This document shows, one piece after another, positions 24,542 to 35,418 of a stretch of DNA of 50,305 bases. A program made the position numbers and the translations under genes. Source of the stretch: Cyanophora paradoxa CCMP329 (taxonomy: Eukaryota > Plantae > Glaucophyta); contig QPMI01000356.1 of assembly GCA_004431415.1 (NCBI GenBank), positions 1 through 50,305 of the forward strand. The letters run 5' to 3'. How positions within the stretch are numbered: the stretch's first letter is position 1; each line of letters begins with the position of its first letter. The notes beneath the pieces are model-generated. The model was given only the letters and a program-made list of their open reading frames with translations. It was not told the origin of the DNA and made no database searches.

Positions 24542-25012
24542 ATCCGTCCTCGGATGCGAACCGGGGAAGGTGTCGGACCTGCCGGCGAGCCTGGAGAAGG
24601 CGGGGCCGGCGCGGCGGGGCGCGCCGAGCTGGGACCCGGGGGTCTGCCTGGCCTTCGCGGCGCGCGTGCTGCGCCTCCTCAGAGAGTCCACCGCCGAGGG
24701 CGGCCGCTACATCCTCAAGCGCGCCCGCCCCCCGCCCCCAACCCCCCCGCCCCTTCCGCCCCCGCTGAGGCGCCGGCAGCAGGTTCTCGTCGCAAGAGGA
24801 CCGCATCTCGCTTCTGCCGGTGCCGGGCGACGGGCCCGGCCTCTCGTTCCTGCCCCCTTCGTACCTCGCCCGCGCCTCGCCGGCCCGTGCCCCCTGACGC
24901 GCCCCACTCGCCGGCGCCCGCGGCCCGCCCCGCCCGCGCCTCTGCTCGGGCAGGGGCACGTGCACGCGGACTGTTAGCGTTCTCGGCGCTCGAGCTCGGG
25001 CGAACCAGCTAG
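22791..25012 (+). CDS. DXO: DXO/Rai1/Dom3Z-family decapping exoribonuclease
   Basis: VDFIS|FRNNFNKICKTPY, AWGYRFE, QEFCIV, LYLGAEIDCY, YVELKSS, RWWVQSFLAGVPALFCGVHRDG: the conserved Rai1/DXO motifs in order. Confidence 0.88.
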
Positions 25013-25087
25013 TCCCGGGTCCAGCGCGCGCCAGGCGGGCCCCGAGTCCCCGACCCCCGCGCCCCGGCCCCCGGCCCGCCGCCGAGC

Positions 25088-25148
25088 CCGGACTCCCGAC
25101 TCCCGACTCCCGACTCCCGACTCCCGAGTCCCGACTCCCGACTCCCGA
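25088..25148. repeat. (GACTCCC)n heptamer tandem repeat, about 8 units
   Basis: gactccc gactccc gactccc gactccc gactccc gagtccc gactccc gactccc read directly. Confidence 0.9.
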
Positions 25149-27796
25149 GCCCTGGGCCCTCCATAGAAGGTTCTCTCAGAGTCTCGAAGCTAGCGCTTCA
25201 GAGAAATCCTCCGAGGCTTCCAAGGAATTCGAATCGTCGCCTGGAACGCTCTGGAAAGAACTTCTGAAACTTGTTGACAAACGCGATGGAATCATTCAAT
25301 TATCATTGGAATGATCATCCAGAATATTAGCCTATTTTTCAATGATAAGGTACCGGTAATTCGAACACGCGTCGTTGTTTTTCGTACTACCGTAGTACGG
25401 ACCTGTACGGTAAATGCGTAATGAAGTCGAAGTCCGGCTCCGCGGCGGACTCCCGGAGTCCAATCCGCATCGAGAGTCGAGACTCGAGCTAGCCTTGTGA
25501 CGGGCAACTTGGGGCCAGTGATGGTATTCCGAATTAACCGAAAAACTGCCCATTCCAGGAATAATTCCTGGAATATTCCTAGTAAGATTCCGAATTCTTT
25601 ATTGTTTCTAGAAACCCTTCCCTCGTACTACGGTACACGCGTACCGTAGTACCGCACCCCACGCCGGCCCAGCCCCGCCCCGCCCGCCCCTCCCCGCTTT
25701 GCGAGACCACTGTATGAACTGTCAAGCATTAAATATTGAAGCATATTCATGCGTTCGAAGGTGCAGCGCTAGAAAATAATTAAGAGTCGGCCGCGCGGAG
25801 CGCTTTAGTAGCGGCCTTTAGAAGGGGGTGTGCGCGGCGCGCGCTATACGGGGTCTAGATCTAGATCTGTTGGAGCGTCCGAGAGCCCCCTCGCACTACA
25901 GCTAGCTTCTCCCGCGCTGCAACTAAGGCTGCATCACGTACCCCCCCAGCACCTCAGGTTTAGTATACGATAAATCTTTAGTAGTGGGGCCTGAAAACTT
26001 TGGTACTATAAAGATCCAGTATACTAAATATTTCCCGACTTACAGTAAAGGCTTGAAAGTTGAACCCCGCCGCGGCGCGCTTCTACTCGCCGCCGAGTCG
26101 CCGGTCGGAGTCTCGAGAGCTCGCTTTGTTGATCGAACTCGGAATTCCGGTGCACTCACGTTCACATATATTCGCACATATATGCTTTTTTCACACCACA
26201 GGCTCACAGCATGCATATGCGCAATGTGAACAGTTACTGTGAACAGTGAACTTCGCTATTTTTTAACATTTGGAACTCGGGAGTTCGAACACGCAAAAGC
26301 GACGATGACATTAGTGAAACTGACAGAGTCTGACACGCGAGAGCTGCCCGATTGGAGTGCGATGTTTCGCAAACTGTGTTCGTTTGGAACGCCAAGTTGT
26401 CGACAACTGATGGTCAGACTAGGTCAGTGATGGATCTGTCCGACGGTTCAATGTCCATATTTGATATATCGATGAACACGTGAACACATGCAGAGCGAAT
26501 GATTGAACGCTCATTCAATCATTATAGGCCGCGCGGCCCTTAGCCATGGACGTGCGCATGCCTGCCAATGCTGCCACGCGGGCCATTGCCTGGACATGCG
26601 CATGCGCATCGCAGGATATCGATTCGCAGCGCATCATCTGCGCATGCGCAGCGCATGCCGCATGCGCGGACTCCGGGATGATGCGCCTCGCCGCGGCCGG
26701 AGTCGATCGGGACTCGGGAGTCGGGACTCCGGAATCCGGATCGAGTCGCCCGCGGTGAACAGTGAACACCGAACAGTGAACACGTTTGCGGAGGTTCAAA
26801 TGTTTTTCTTCCACAACGTACTACTACTACGGTACTAGTACGGTACTACTGGTAGAACGTCGAACTTCTAGAAGTTCGCCGAACACTTCTGCCGCTGCTG
26901 CCCCGTACCGTACGGCGTACGTTCGCAATGCTACGCATCTGCCAAGCCTACGCTGGCGATGAAGGTCGCAGCCTGGCAGACTCGCAGTCGCCGAGTCACG
27001 AGTCGACATCTCATGATCAGAGTCGACGTCTTCAAGGCTTACTAAGTCGGAAATTCGAAAACGGGGCCCACGCCCGGCCCAGGCGGCCAGGCCCAGGCTG
27101 CAATTGGCAACAGGCGTCACCGCGAAGGCCTCCGATCCCCATTCGCGTGCAATTCGCAAGGCCCGAGCTCGAGGAAAAGGACTTCGCCAAAAATTGGGAG
27201 CTCGAGGAGTGCGGACAGCAGCTGTCAGCAGCAGCAAAAAGCAGCGACCAAGCGGTCGCACGTACGCGTCGTTCGCCTCCGCGGTCGCTTAGCTCGGCCA
27301 GCTGCACTGCGGAAGCACGCGCGGCGTCGGGCCACGCGAAGCGACGCGCGCGCGTACGTCAGGTCGGATCGGAGCGGCGCGTATACGAATACGCGAGCGC
27401 GGCAGCGGCGATCGCAGCACGCGCGCGCGTAGGGCATCACCATCAGCGATCGGGCGTTCAACGCGCGTTCGCTCAGACGAGACGAAGGTTCCACCCGCTG
27501 CCAGCGCGTCTGTCAGCGATCAAATTGCAAAGCTGGCGACCGCCGGCGCCGTCGCCCCGCACGCGGCGCTCTTTCCCGACACCGCCGGGGCACGCTACAG
27601 GCGCGAGCGCGTGCTCGCCAGGCGCAACAGCAACTCTCGTGAGGGCGTCGTGCGGCGGCGCGTCGGCAGGCCGCCCGTGCAGCTGCAGGCGCCGGCGCCG
27701 CAGCCTGCGACCGGGCCATTAGACGTAGAGGCGCTGCTGGAGCTGTGCGCCGCGGCGGCGCCTGCACCGCGCAATTGCAAGCGCCCGGCGGCAGAG

Positions 27797-30700
27797 ATGC
27801 AGGCGAGCTCGCCGCCGCCGCCGCTCGTGCCGATCGAGATGCTCGCGTACGGCGGCATCGGCAGCGGCACCGCGCATCTGCGCGCCGGCGCCCTCTACCG
27901 CCTCTGCGTCCCCGCCATCACCCTCTACAACGGCGCCGCCGCCGCCCGCAGCCCGTCCGCCGCGTCCGGGCCTGGCGCTGTGGCGCGCGGGCGGCCGGCG
28001 GAGAGCTCCCGCCTGGCCAGGGTCACCATCTCTGCGTGGCCGGAGACCGTCCCCGGCGCCCTCCCCTCGCCGCCCGACTTCGACGCGCGCGCCGACACCG
28101 CCGAGGACCTCGGCGTCTCCATCGCTCTCTCCGCGTACGACGGCTTCACGATCAAGGTGCGCGCCCCCTCTAGATCTGCAGCGATCGCTTTCAAGCTCCC
28201 TGATTTTCCATTTCTGATTCTGGGGTCCCTTGCATTTCGTTTTCTTTGCGGCAGGGGAACCCGAGCCTCGGGGTGGACCTCCACATCGGCGTCGACGGCC
28301 TGGCCCTCGCCCCCATGAAGTGCGCCCCGGCCCCGCCCCGCCCCCGCGCCGGCCACGGCGACTCGGAGGTGAATGTGTCGCGGTTCCAACGTGCACGCGC
28401 CGCCCCCGCGCTCCCATCGGCAGGTTCAAGATCCTGTGCTCGAGCCAGTACGGCGGCCGGCCGCTCGCCCTGCGCGCCCACTGGGTGAGATCAACTGCTT
28501 TCTAGATGCGATCGGATTCCCGCCTCGCGATGACGAGCGGCGCGGCGCGATCGAATCTCGGGATGCCTGACGCGGGCGGGCGCCGGCGGGGCGTGCGCAG
28601 GCGGACGACCGCATGCCCCTTCCGGGAACACAGGCCGTGCGCTTCGTTCTCGGGGGCGAGGCTGCGCGCTCCTCCGACGAGACGCTGCCCCTACCGCGCC
28701 CCCTCCTGCCCCCCGTTCCGAGCCTCATGGTGCCCGTCCCGCCGGCCCCGGCGGCGCTCGGGATCGCGAGCGGCCACTCGTCGCCCTCGGCGCTGGGCGT
28801 GCGCCGGCGCTCGCCGAGGGACGGCGGGGGCGGCGCTGCCGGGCCGCGCCGCCGGAGCAACCCGACGATCGACGCCGGGCTCGGGATCGCCCTCGCCCCG
28901 CCCTCTGCCTCCGTCTCCCCCTCCTCCGCCTCCCGCGCCGCCGCCTCCCCCACCGCCTCCCTCTCCACGCCCTCCCCCTCCGCCTTCCGCCCCCGCCTCG
29001 AGATCGTGCCGCCGGTCGGCCCGGTGGGGGCGACGATCAGCGGGGCAGAGCTGCGGGGCGGGGCGTTCCTCGGGGTGGCGCGCTCGCTGCGGGAGCTGCC
29101 GGTGGGGGCGGGCGGCGTGGTGCCCCCGCTGAGCCCCGTGCCGGCGCAGCGGGGCCAGCTGCCGCCCGAGGAGATGGCGGCGGCGGCCCTCTCCGCCGTC
29201 GCCCTCTCCGCCGGGCACGCCGGCTCCCGCGCCGGCACCCCCACCGTCTCCTCCCCCGCCTCCGCCTCCTCGCCCCCGGCTCCCCTCCGACCCCGAGCCC
29301 CACGGCGCCGCCCCCGGTCCCGGCGCGCCGCTGCCGCCGGCGGGCCTCGAGGCGCTCGCCGTGGCGCAGGAGGTGGCGAGCCTCGGGCTCGGGCTCAAGC
29401 CGCCCCCCGGCCCCGGCGGCCTCTGCTCCCTCATCAGCCCCGTCCACGGTCCGCACGTGCCCCCGCGCCGCATCAGCGCGCCGCAAAGGACCGAAAAAAA
29501 GGAAATAAAAGGAAATTCGGGGCTGCAGAGAACCAGGAGTGGCTGTCGGAGGTGCTGGGGAGGACGCGAGAGGAGCTGGGGCGGCGGGGCGGGCGGCACG
29601 CGGCGCTGGCGCCCCTGGCCGCCCTCGCCCGCCTCCTCTCCGACCTCGAGGCCGCCGACCAGGTCCCGCCCCCGCCCCGCCCCGCCCCGCCCCGCCAGTC
29701 CTTGCCTGAGGCTGCCCGCCCTCGGGCCCCCGGCAGGGGAAAGAGGCGCCGCTGCCGCCGGCGCCCTCCCCCTCCCTCTTCGCCATGGACGCCCTCACCG
29801 CCCCCGACGAGGTGCCTCCCCGCACGCCCTTCGCCCCCTCCCCCCGTCACCCTCCCACGCAGGCGCGCGCCGGCTGCACGCTGCCGGAGTGGCGGCCGAT
29901 GCCCGTCGAGGCCCCCGAGCTCGACGCCTTCGTCGCGCAGGTCGAGCAGGCGCGCTCGCCCCGATCGCGAGCGCCGCGCCCCGCCCCTCCGCTGAAGCCC
30001 CGCGCGCCCCCCCCTCGCAGGCCTTCGAGTCGCTGCGGTTCGCGGGCAGCGCCGCAGCAGTGGCGGCCGCCGCCACTGCCGCCACGCACCTCCTCCTCGA
30101 GGTGCGGAGGAAGCGGTGGAGGGTCCAGACGCCTCCGCTGAGGGGCCCCCGCGCGCGCGGCAGGACCGGCTGCTGCTCTCGCCGCTGGTGCGGACGAGCG
30201 AGGGGCGGACGCGGCTGCGCGCCCTCCTCGTCGCCCTCCGCGAGCACACCGCCTCCATGAGCCCGGTCCGATCGATATCCGGAGCCCCGCGCCTCGCGAT
30301 CGGCTCCTCCCTCAGGCCCCGCTGACCTCGAGGCCCCGCCCCGCCCTTGTCCTGACAGGTCCTGCACGTCGCCTCGAGCCTGGCGGACCAGGCCATCCGC
30401 CGCCTCCGCCACCCGTGCGCCCCGCCCTCCGAGGGCCCCTCGCCACGAGCTCCCCTCGCGCCGCCCTCTGACGCGTCCCTCCCCGGGGCGGGCAGGGCGG
30501 AGCACCGCGAGGACGCCGTGAGGAGCGCCTGGGACGCCGTGGACGCGCTGCGGCCCCCCATGCGCGGCGCCTGCCCCGACCTCTACCCCCTCACCTACCC
30601 CCGCGCCCTCGAGGCACGCCCCCGGCCGCCCGCGCCGGCCCCTCTCCCCGGAGCTCTGACGCCGTCGCCAGGTCCTCACGGCGGCGCGCGACGTCGCGCA

Positions 30701-32493
30701 AAGCGCCGGCGGGCCCTTCGGTGTTGACGTCGTGCGCCCTCAATTCGACGCTAGCCAAAGACCACGCTAGAATTCCGAAGAACCGGATGGGAAGCCGAAA
30801 CCAAAGAATCGAACAAGAAGCTTAGAAAGGAGCGAAGAAGAAGAAGGGAGAAGAGAGCTGACGCGCGTGCTGGCGGGCGGTGCGCGCAGCTGCCGAACGT
30901 GCTGTACGCGGAGGCGCTGGTGCGGCTCGGGGAGCTGATGGTCGTCGAGGGCCACGTCGAGGAGGGCCTCCAGACCCTCGTCCGCCCCCGGCCCCCGACC
31001 CCCGCCCCGCACCCCTCACCCCTCACCCCTGACCCCCCCGCGCGCAGTTCGACGTGCGCGGCCCCGCCCTGCACCCCTCGACCCGCGCCCCTCGCCCCCG
31101 CCCTCGCCGACGGGGGGCGCGCAGGCGTGGTCGGTGGTGCTGCGCGCGGGGGCCTGCCCCTCCCGCCTCGAGTCCCGCATCATCCTCCTCCTCGCCGAGG
31201 GGCACTGTGCGCCCCCGCACCGCCCTTTCCCACCCCCCGCCCCTTCCCCCCGGCGCCTGACGGTCGCGGGGCGGGGCGGGCAGTCGTGCACCCGACGGCC
31301 TTCCAGCTGGGCGAGCGGGTCTACTGGTGCACGCAGAACGTGGAGGACCGGCACCAGGAGGCGCGGGCGTGCAACCTGCTGGCGGCGCTGGCGGCGAGCG
31401 CGGGGCGCCTCGAGGAGGCCCGCGCCCACGTCGACCGCGTCTTCGAGATCCAGCTCCAGCTGCCCCCGCACGAGCAGTGCGCCCCCCTGCTCCGCGACAG
31501 CGAGCTCAGGGAGCTCCTGCCCAGAGAAGCGGAGAGACCGAGAAGAGCGCAAGGGAATAAGAAGCGGATAGGGCCCCCCCGTTCATTTCCTTTTTAGCTT
31601 CTTTTCCGTCCTTATCGACCTTGAATTGCGATGGGGCGCGCTGACGGGGGCCGGGGGCAGGGAGCGGGAGGCGGCGGGGTACCTGGCTACGAGCACGGCG
31701 GTGCCGATGGCGCTGCGGGCGGGGCGGACGCACGAGTGCTTCGAGCTGGCGCGCACCGCCCACGCCATATACCGCCGCCTCCCCGACGCCGCCCAGTGCG
31801 CCCCGCCCCACCCGCCTCCCGCTGCGCATGCCCCCCCTGCGCGGTCTCACGGGGGGTACCGGGGGCGCAGCGCGGCGGGGGACGTGGTGACGGGGGGCTT
31901 CCGGGCGATGCACCGCTTCCCGCACCTGCTCCCCGCCTACGCCGAGGCCGCCCGCTTCGCCCTCTTCCTCTCCGCCCTCGCCGACCCCGAGTGCGGCCCC
32001 CCGAGCCCGCCCCCCGCCCCCCGCCCCGCCCCGCGGGGTGTGCTGAGGGGTGGGGCCGGGGGCAGGGAGAGCACGCCGACGCGCTTCCTCGCCCTCTGCG
32101 GCCTCGGCGAAGTCTACGCCCGCCAGGTCCGGGTCCCGCCCCCGCGTCCCAGCCCCCTCCGATCGCGAGTCGCCCCGCCGCCGGCTCACCCGGGGCGGGC
32201 GGGGCAGGGCGCGTGGCGGCGGGCGGCGGTGGCGTACGGGGCGGCGCTGGAGGCCTCCGCGCGGCACCGGCGCTCCTTCCCCCTCGACCACCCCCGCATC
32301 CTCGTCCGCCCTCCCCCTCCCCCCGCGCCCCGCCCCGCCGGCCTCCTGTAGATCTAGACCTGACGGGGCGCGGGGCGGGCAGCGGGTGACGGAGGCGGTG
32401 CGGCGGTGCCGGGAGCTGAGCGAGGCAGTGCCGCTGCCGCTGAGCTTTCCGGGGCCCCCGACCCCCGTCGGCGAGCTCCACTTCCTCTTCTGA
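27797..32493 (+). CDS. Large hypothetical protein: N-terminal beta-rich region, Pro/Ser linker, C-terminal TPR-like helical repeats; many exons
   Basis: Consistent splice signals join exons such as ARVTISAWPET...YDGFTIK|GNPSLGVDLHIG, LYAEALVRLGELMVVEGHVEEGLQTL, EARACNLLAALAASAGRLEEARAHVDRVFEIQ, FLALCGLGEVYARQ|GAWRRAAVAYGAAL, and PLDHPRIL|...ELHFLF*. Confidence 0.6.
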
Positions 32494-33702
32494 TCATGAG
32501 CCGCCCGAGCCGCCCCCGGCCCGGCGCCGGCACCGGGCACGCCTCCCCCGGGCCATATTGCTTCACACATCGTATCGTCGTTGCATACTGTGCCTTACTT
32601 AAATTTGACGTGTATGCAATCGCCGAGATGGATCCGGAGCCGAGTCGAATTCAGGATAGCACGTATGAATAGCCTATAGCTAGCTATATATAGGTATAGA
32701 ATACGAATAGGCTTTTAATACTTAATCAGTTCCGTCTTAAAATCAGTTCCGTCTTTTAAACTGTGTTTGAATTCGAACCATTTACGGATATATAGCCGCT
32801 GAGGAACAGAGAGCTTCTTGGCCAGCCGGAGAATAGCCATAGCTGTAGCTAGAGCATCTTTTCAGCCACCGCTTCGGTGATCGAGCGTCGGAGTCTTAGC
32901 TTGCCAATTGTGCATGTATACGTATTTCCTTGCAATTGTAACTTTAGTTGAGATGTAGTTGGATTTCCCGGTACTTGGAATTTCTGAAGCCTTGAATCGA
33001 AGCTTGAAACCCTTTGTTGGCTCGTATTTTCTGATTCGCGTTTGTACGGTATTCGTAACGGTGTATACGTAGCTATCAGTGTAGAGTTCCCTCGCGATCG
33101 ACAGTATTCTTCCCTCCCAGCCGCTGAGCCCCCGTCCGACGGTCTCCCACTCACAGTTCCTTGGGCTCCCGCTCTCATGATGGCTCTCTTGGCGCCGGTG
33201 AGGCCGGCAGAGGCCGGCCCCGCGTGCACGGGCGGAGCTCCACTCGACGAGGTCGACGTCTGACAGCCAGACTTGTACCGCGAGCCCCGGCGGCACGTAG
33301 CCTAGTAGTGACGCCGAACTCGTTCTAGAGGCGCTGTCCAGATCGAAACAGTCGATGTATTTTCTATTTGCTATACTAGAGACAAATTAGACTAGTGCTT
33401 GGTCTCAGAGTGTGGTTTTTTAATTTGAAGCTCGAATTCGAAGTGCTATGGCACGCCGTGTGCACGTGACGACTCGGCGAATATTTCTTCCATTGAGCCC
33501 AGCCGTAGGCCGAGGCGTCGAGAGTGGGGGCGCAGAAGCGTCGTGGACGTCGACGCGTGCGTGTCGCCGCACCGAGCGCCCGCCGGCCAGCGCACGGCTG
33601 GGGGGCTCCGGGCGGGGCGCGACGGCGGGGCGCGCAGGGGTCCGCTGCGGGGATCAGGCGGCGGCCGGCGCCGATGGCGACAGCTACTGCGGCCCCCGAT
33701 GC

Positions 33703-35232
33703 CTAGTAGATCCCCGGTATGATCGCCTTGCGGTTCTTGGGGTACCTCTCCCCGAAGTGGGACCTGTAGAACGCGTGGTGCGCCCTCGCCCGGGGTACAA
33801 GGTTCGCCGCCGTCAGCAGCACGAACGCCAGCGCCTGATGCAGTGCGGGAAGGAGGGGGGGGGGGAGGGGTGATGTTAAGAAAAAGGGGGGGTACGGGTA
33901 CCGGTCGGTCTCCGGGGCACGCACCGCGGGGCTCCAGGTCGCGATGGCGAAGCCCGTCCACTCGAGCAGCTGCGCGGGGGGCGGCGGGGCTCGGCGCCGG
34001 GAGGGGTACGGGTAGAGGGGGGAGGGCGCGCGGACCTCGCCGAAGTAGTTGGCGCAGGAGACGTACTCGAAGGCGCCCCCCCGGGGGATCAGGTACGCGC
34101 GCTTGGCCTCCCCCTCCCCCCCCAGCTCGAGGACCTCCTCCCCCCCTCCCTGGGGCCCCGCGCCCTCCCCGGCGGCCTTGCCGGCCGGCTTGCCCCGCTG
34201 CCGCGCGGCGCCCTTGGGGGCGGCGGGGGCGCCCGAGGCGGGCTCCGGGGCGGCGGCCGGCCTGCCGGCCTCCTTCTCCCGCTTGGAGCGGAGGGCCCAG
34301 AGGGCGTAGTCGCTGAGGACGTTGATCAGCCAGCCCACGTTCCAGAACATCACCCCCAGCAGGAAGCTGCCGGCGGTTCGCGGGGGGAGAGACAAATTCG
34401 AAGGGCGGAGGGGGTCAGGCCTAGGGGCGCGGACCGCGGGTCGAAGAAGTAGTGGGTGGGGTACGGCTGCACGAGGGAGAAGTGGCGCCCGTTGAGGTAG
34501 CCTGCAGGGCGGGCGTGAGGCGACGCTGCGGCGGCTCCGGGCTCGAATCCGGCGCGGACCGTTGACGACGTTGAAGAGAATGGCGCAGAGGACAGTCGTG
34601 ACGTTCGTGGGGCCGAAGGAGGGGCACATGAGCGAGTGGATGATCGAGCGGTTCACGTAGTGGATCTGATCCGATCTGAGGCGCGGGGCGCGGGGCGCGG
34701 GGCGCGGGGCGCGGGGCGAGCTCGCGGGCACCATCCACATGCCGAGGAAGACGGCGGGGAGGCCCATGTGGACGGAGAGGGGCATGCGCAGGCCGCGGCC
34801 AATGGGCAGCTCCATGAAGAACGCTGCGAAGAAGAAGATGGGCGAGATGACCTCCTGCAGGAACCTGCGCATGCCGCCGCGCTGCAGGCCCCGGCGGCGC
34901 GAGGCGGCGCGAGGCGCGCGAGGCGACGCGCGCGCACCAGCCGAAGCGACCGCTCAGCTTCGGCCCGAATCCGCTCCGGTAGTGCCGCCCTGGCGGTCGC
35001 GCGTGAGGCCTGCGGCGCAGCGTGCGGCGGCCGGCAGCGCACCGTATGGCGCCGTGAAGCACATGCATGCGACGAACGTGACCGGCGCCATCGCGAACCA
35101 GAACGCGAGCAGCTTGTCATAGAACGAGCGCTCCGTCGTAACCGGCCAGTCCAGCAGCTCTTTGAAGTGCGTGACGAGGTAGCCTCCTACCGGCTGCGCC
35201 TGGGCGCTGCCCGGCGGATGGCTGATATCCAT
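33703..35232 (-). CDS. DET2: 3-oxo-5-alpha-steroid 4-dehydrogenase (SRD5A1/DET2 family)
   Basis: TAPYG|RH...GW|FLQE, IHYVNRS, FNVVN|GYLNG, INVLSDYALWALR, YLIPRGGAFEYVSCANYFGE|LLEWTGFAIATWS, ANLVPRARAHHAFY...YPKNRKAIIPGIY*. Confidence 0.92.
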
Positions 35233-35418
35233 TTATCCCTGCTCGGCTGGGCGCTCTGACTCGCCGCTCACTGACTTTTCGCACGAGTCGCGAGCGGCGT
35301 ACCCCTGGCGTGGTGGCTTCGCCGGAGCGAGGACGCCCCAGCGGGCGTGCTGGTACTTCATTCGAAATTCGAATGAGTCAGTAATCCGCTGCAGAGCCTG
35401 CGGCTGGCCGTGGGTGAG

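Noticed and set aside
25088-25148. GACTCCC array as interstitial telomere
   Set aside because: The unit (GGGAGTC) does not match TTAGGG/TTTAGGG-type repeats; treated as a simple repeat.
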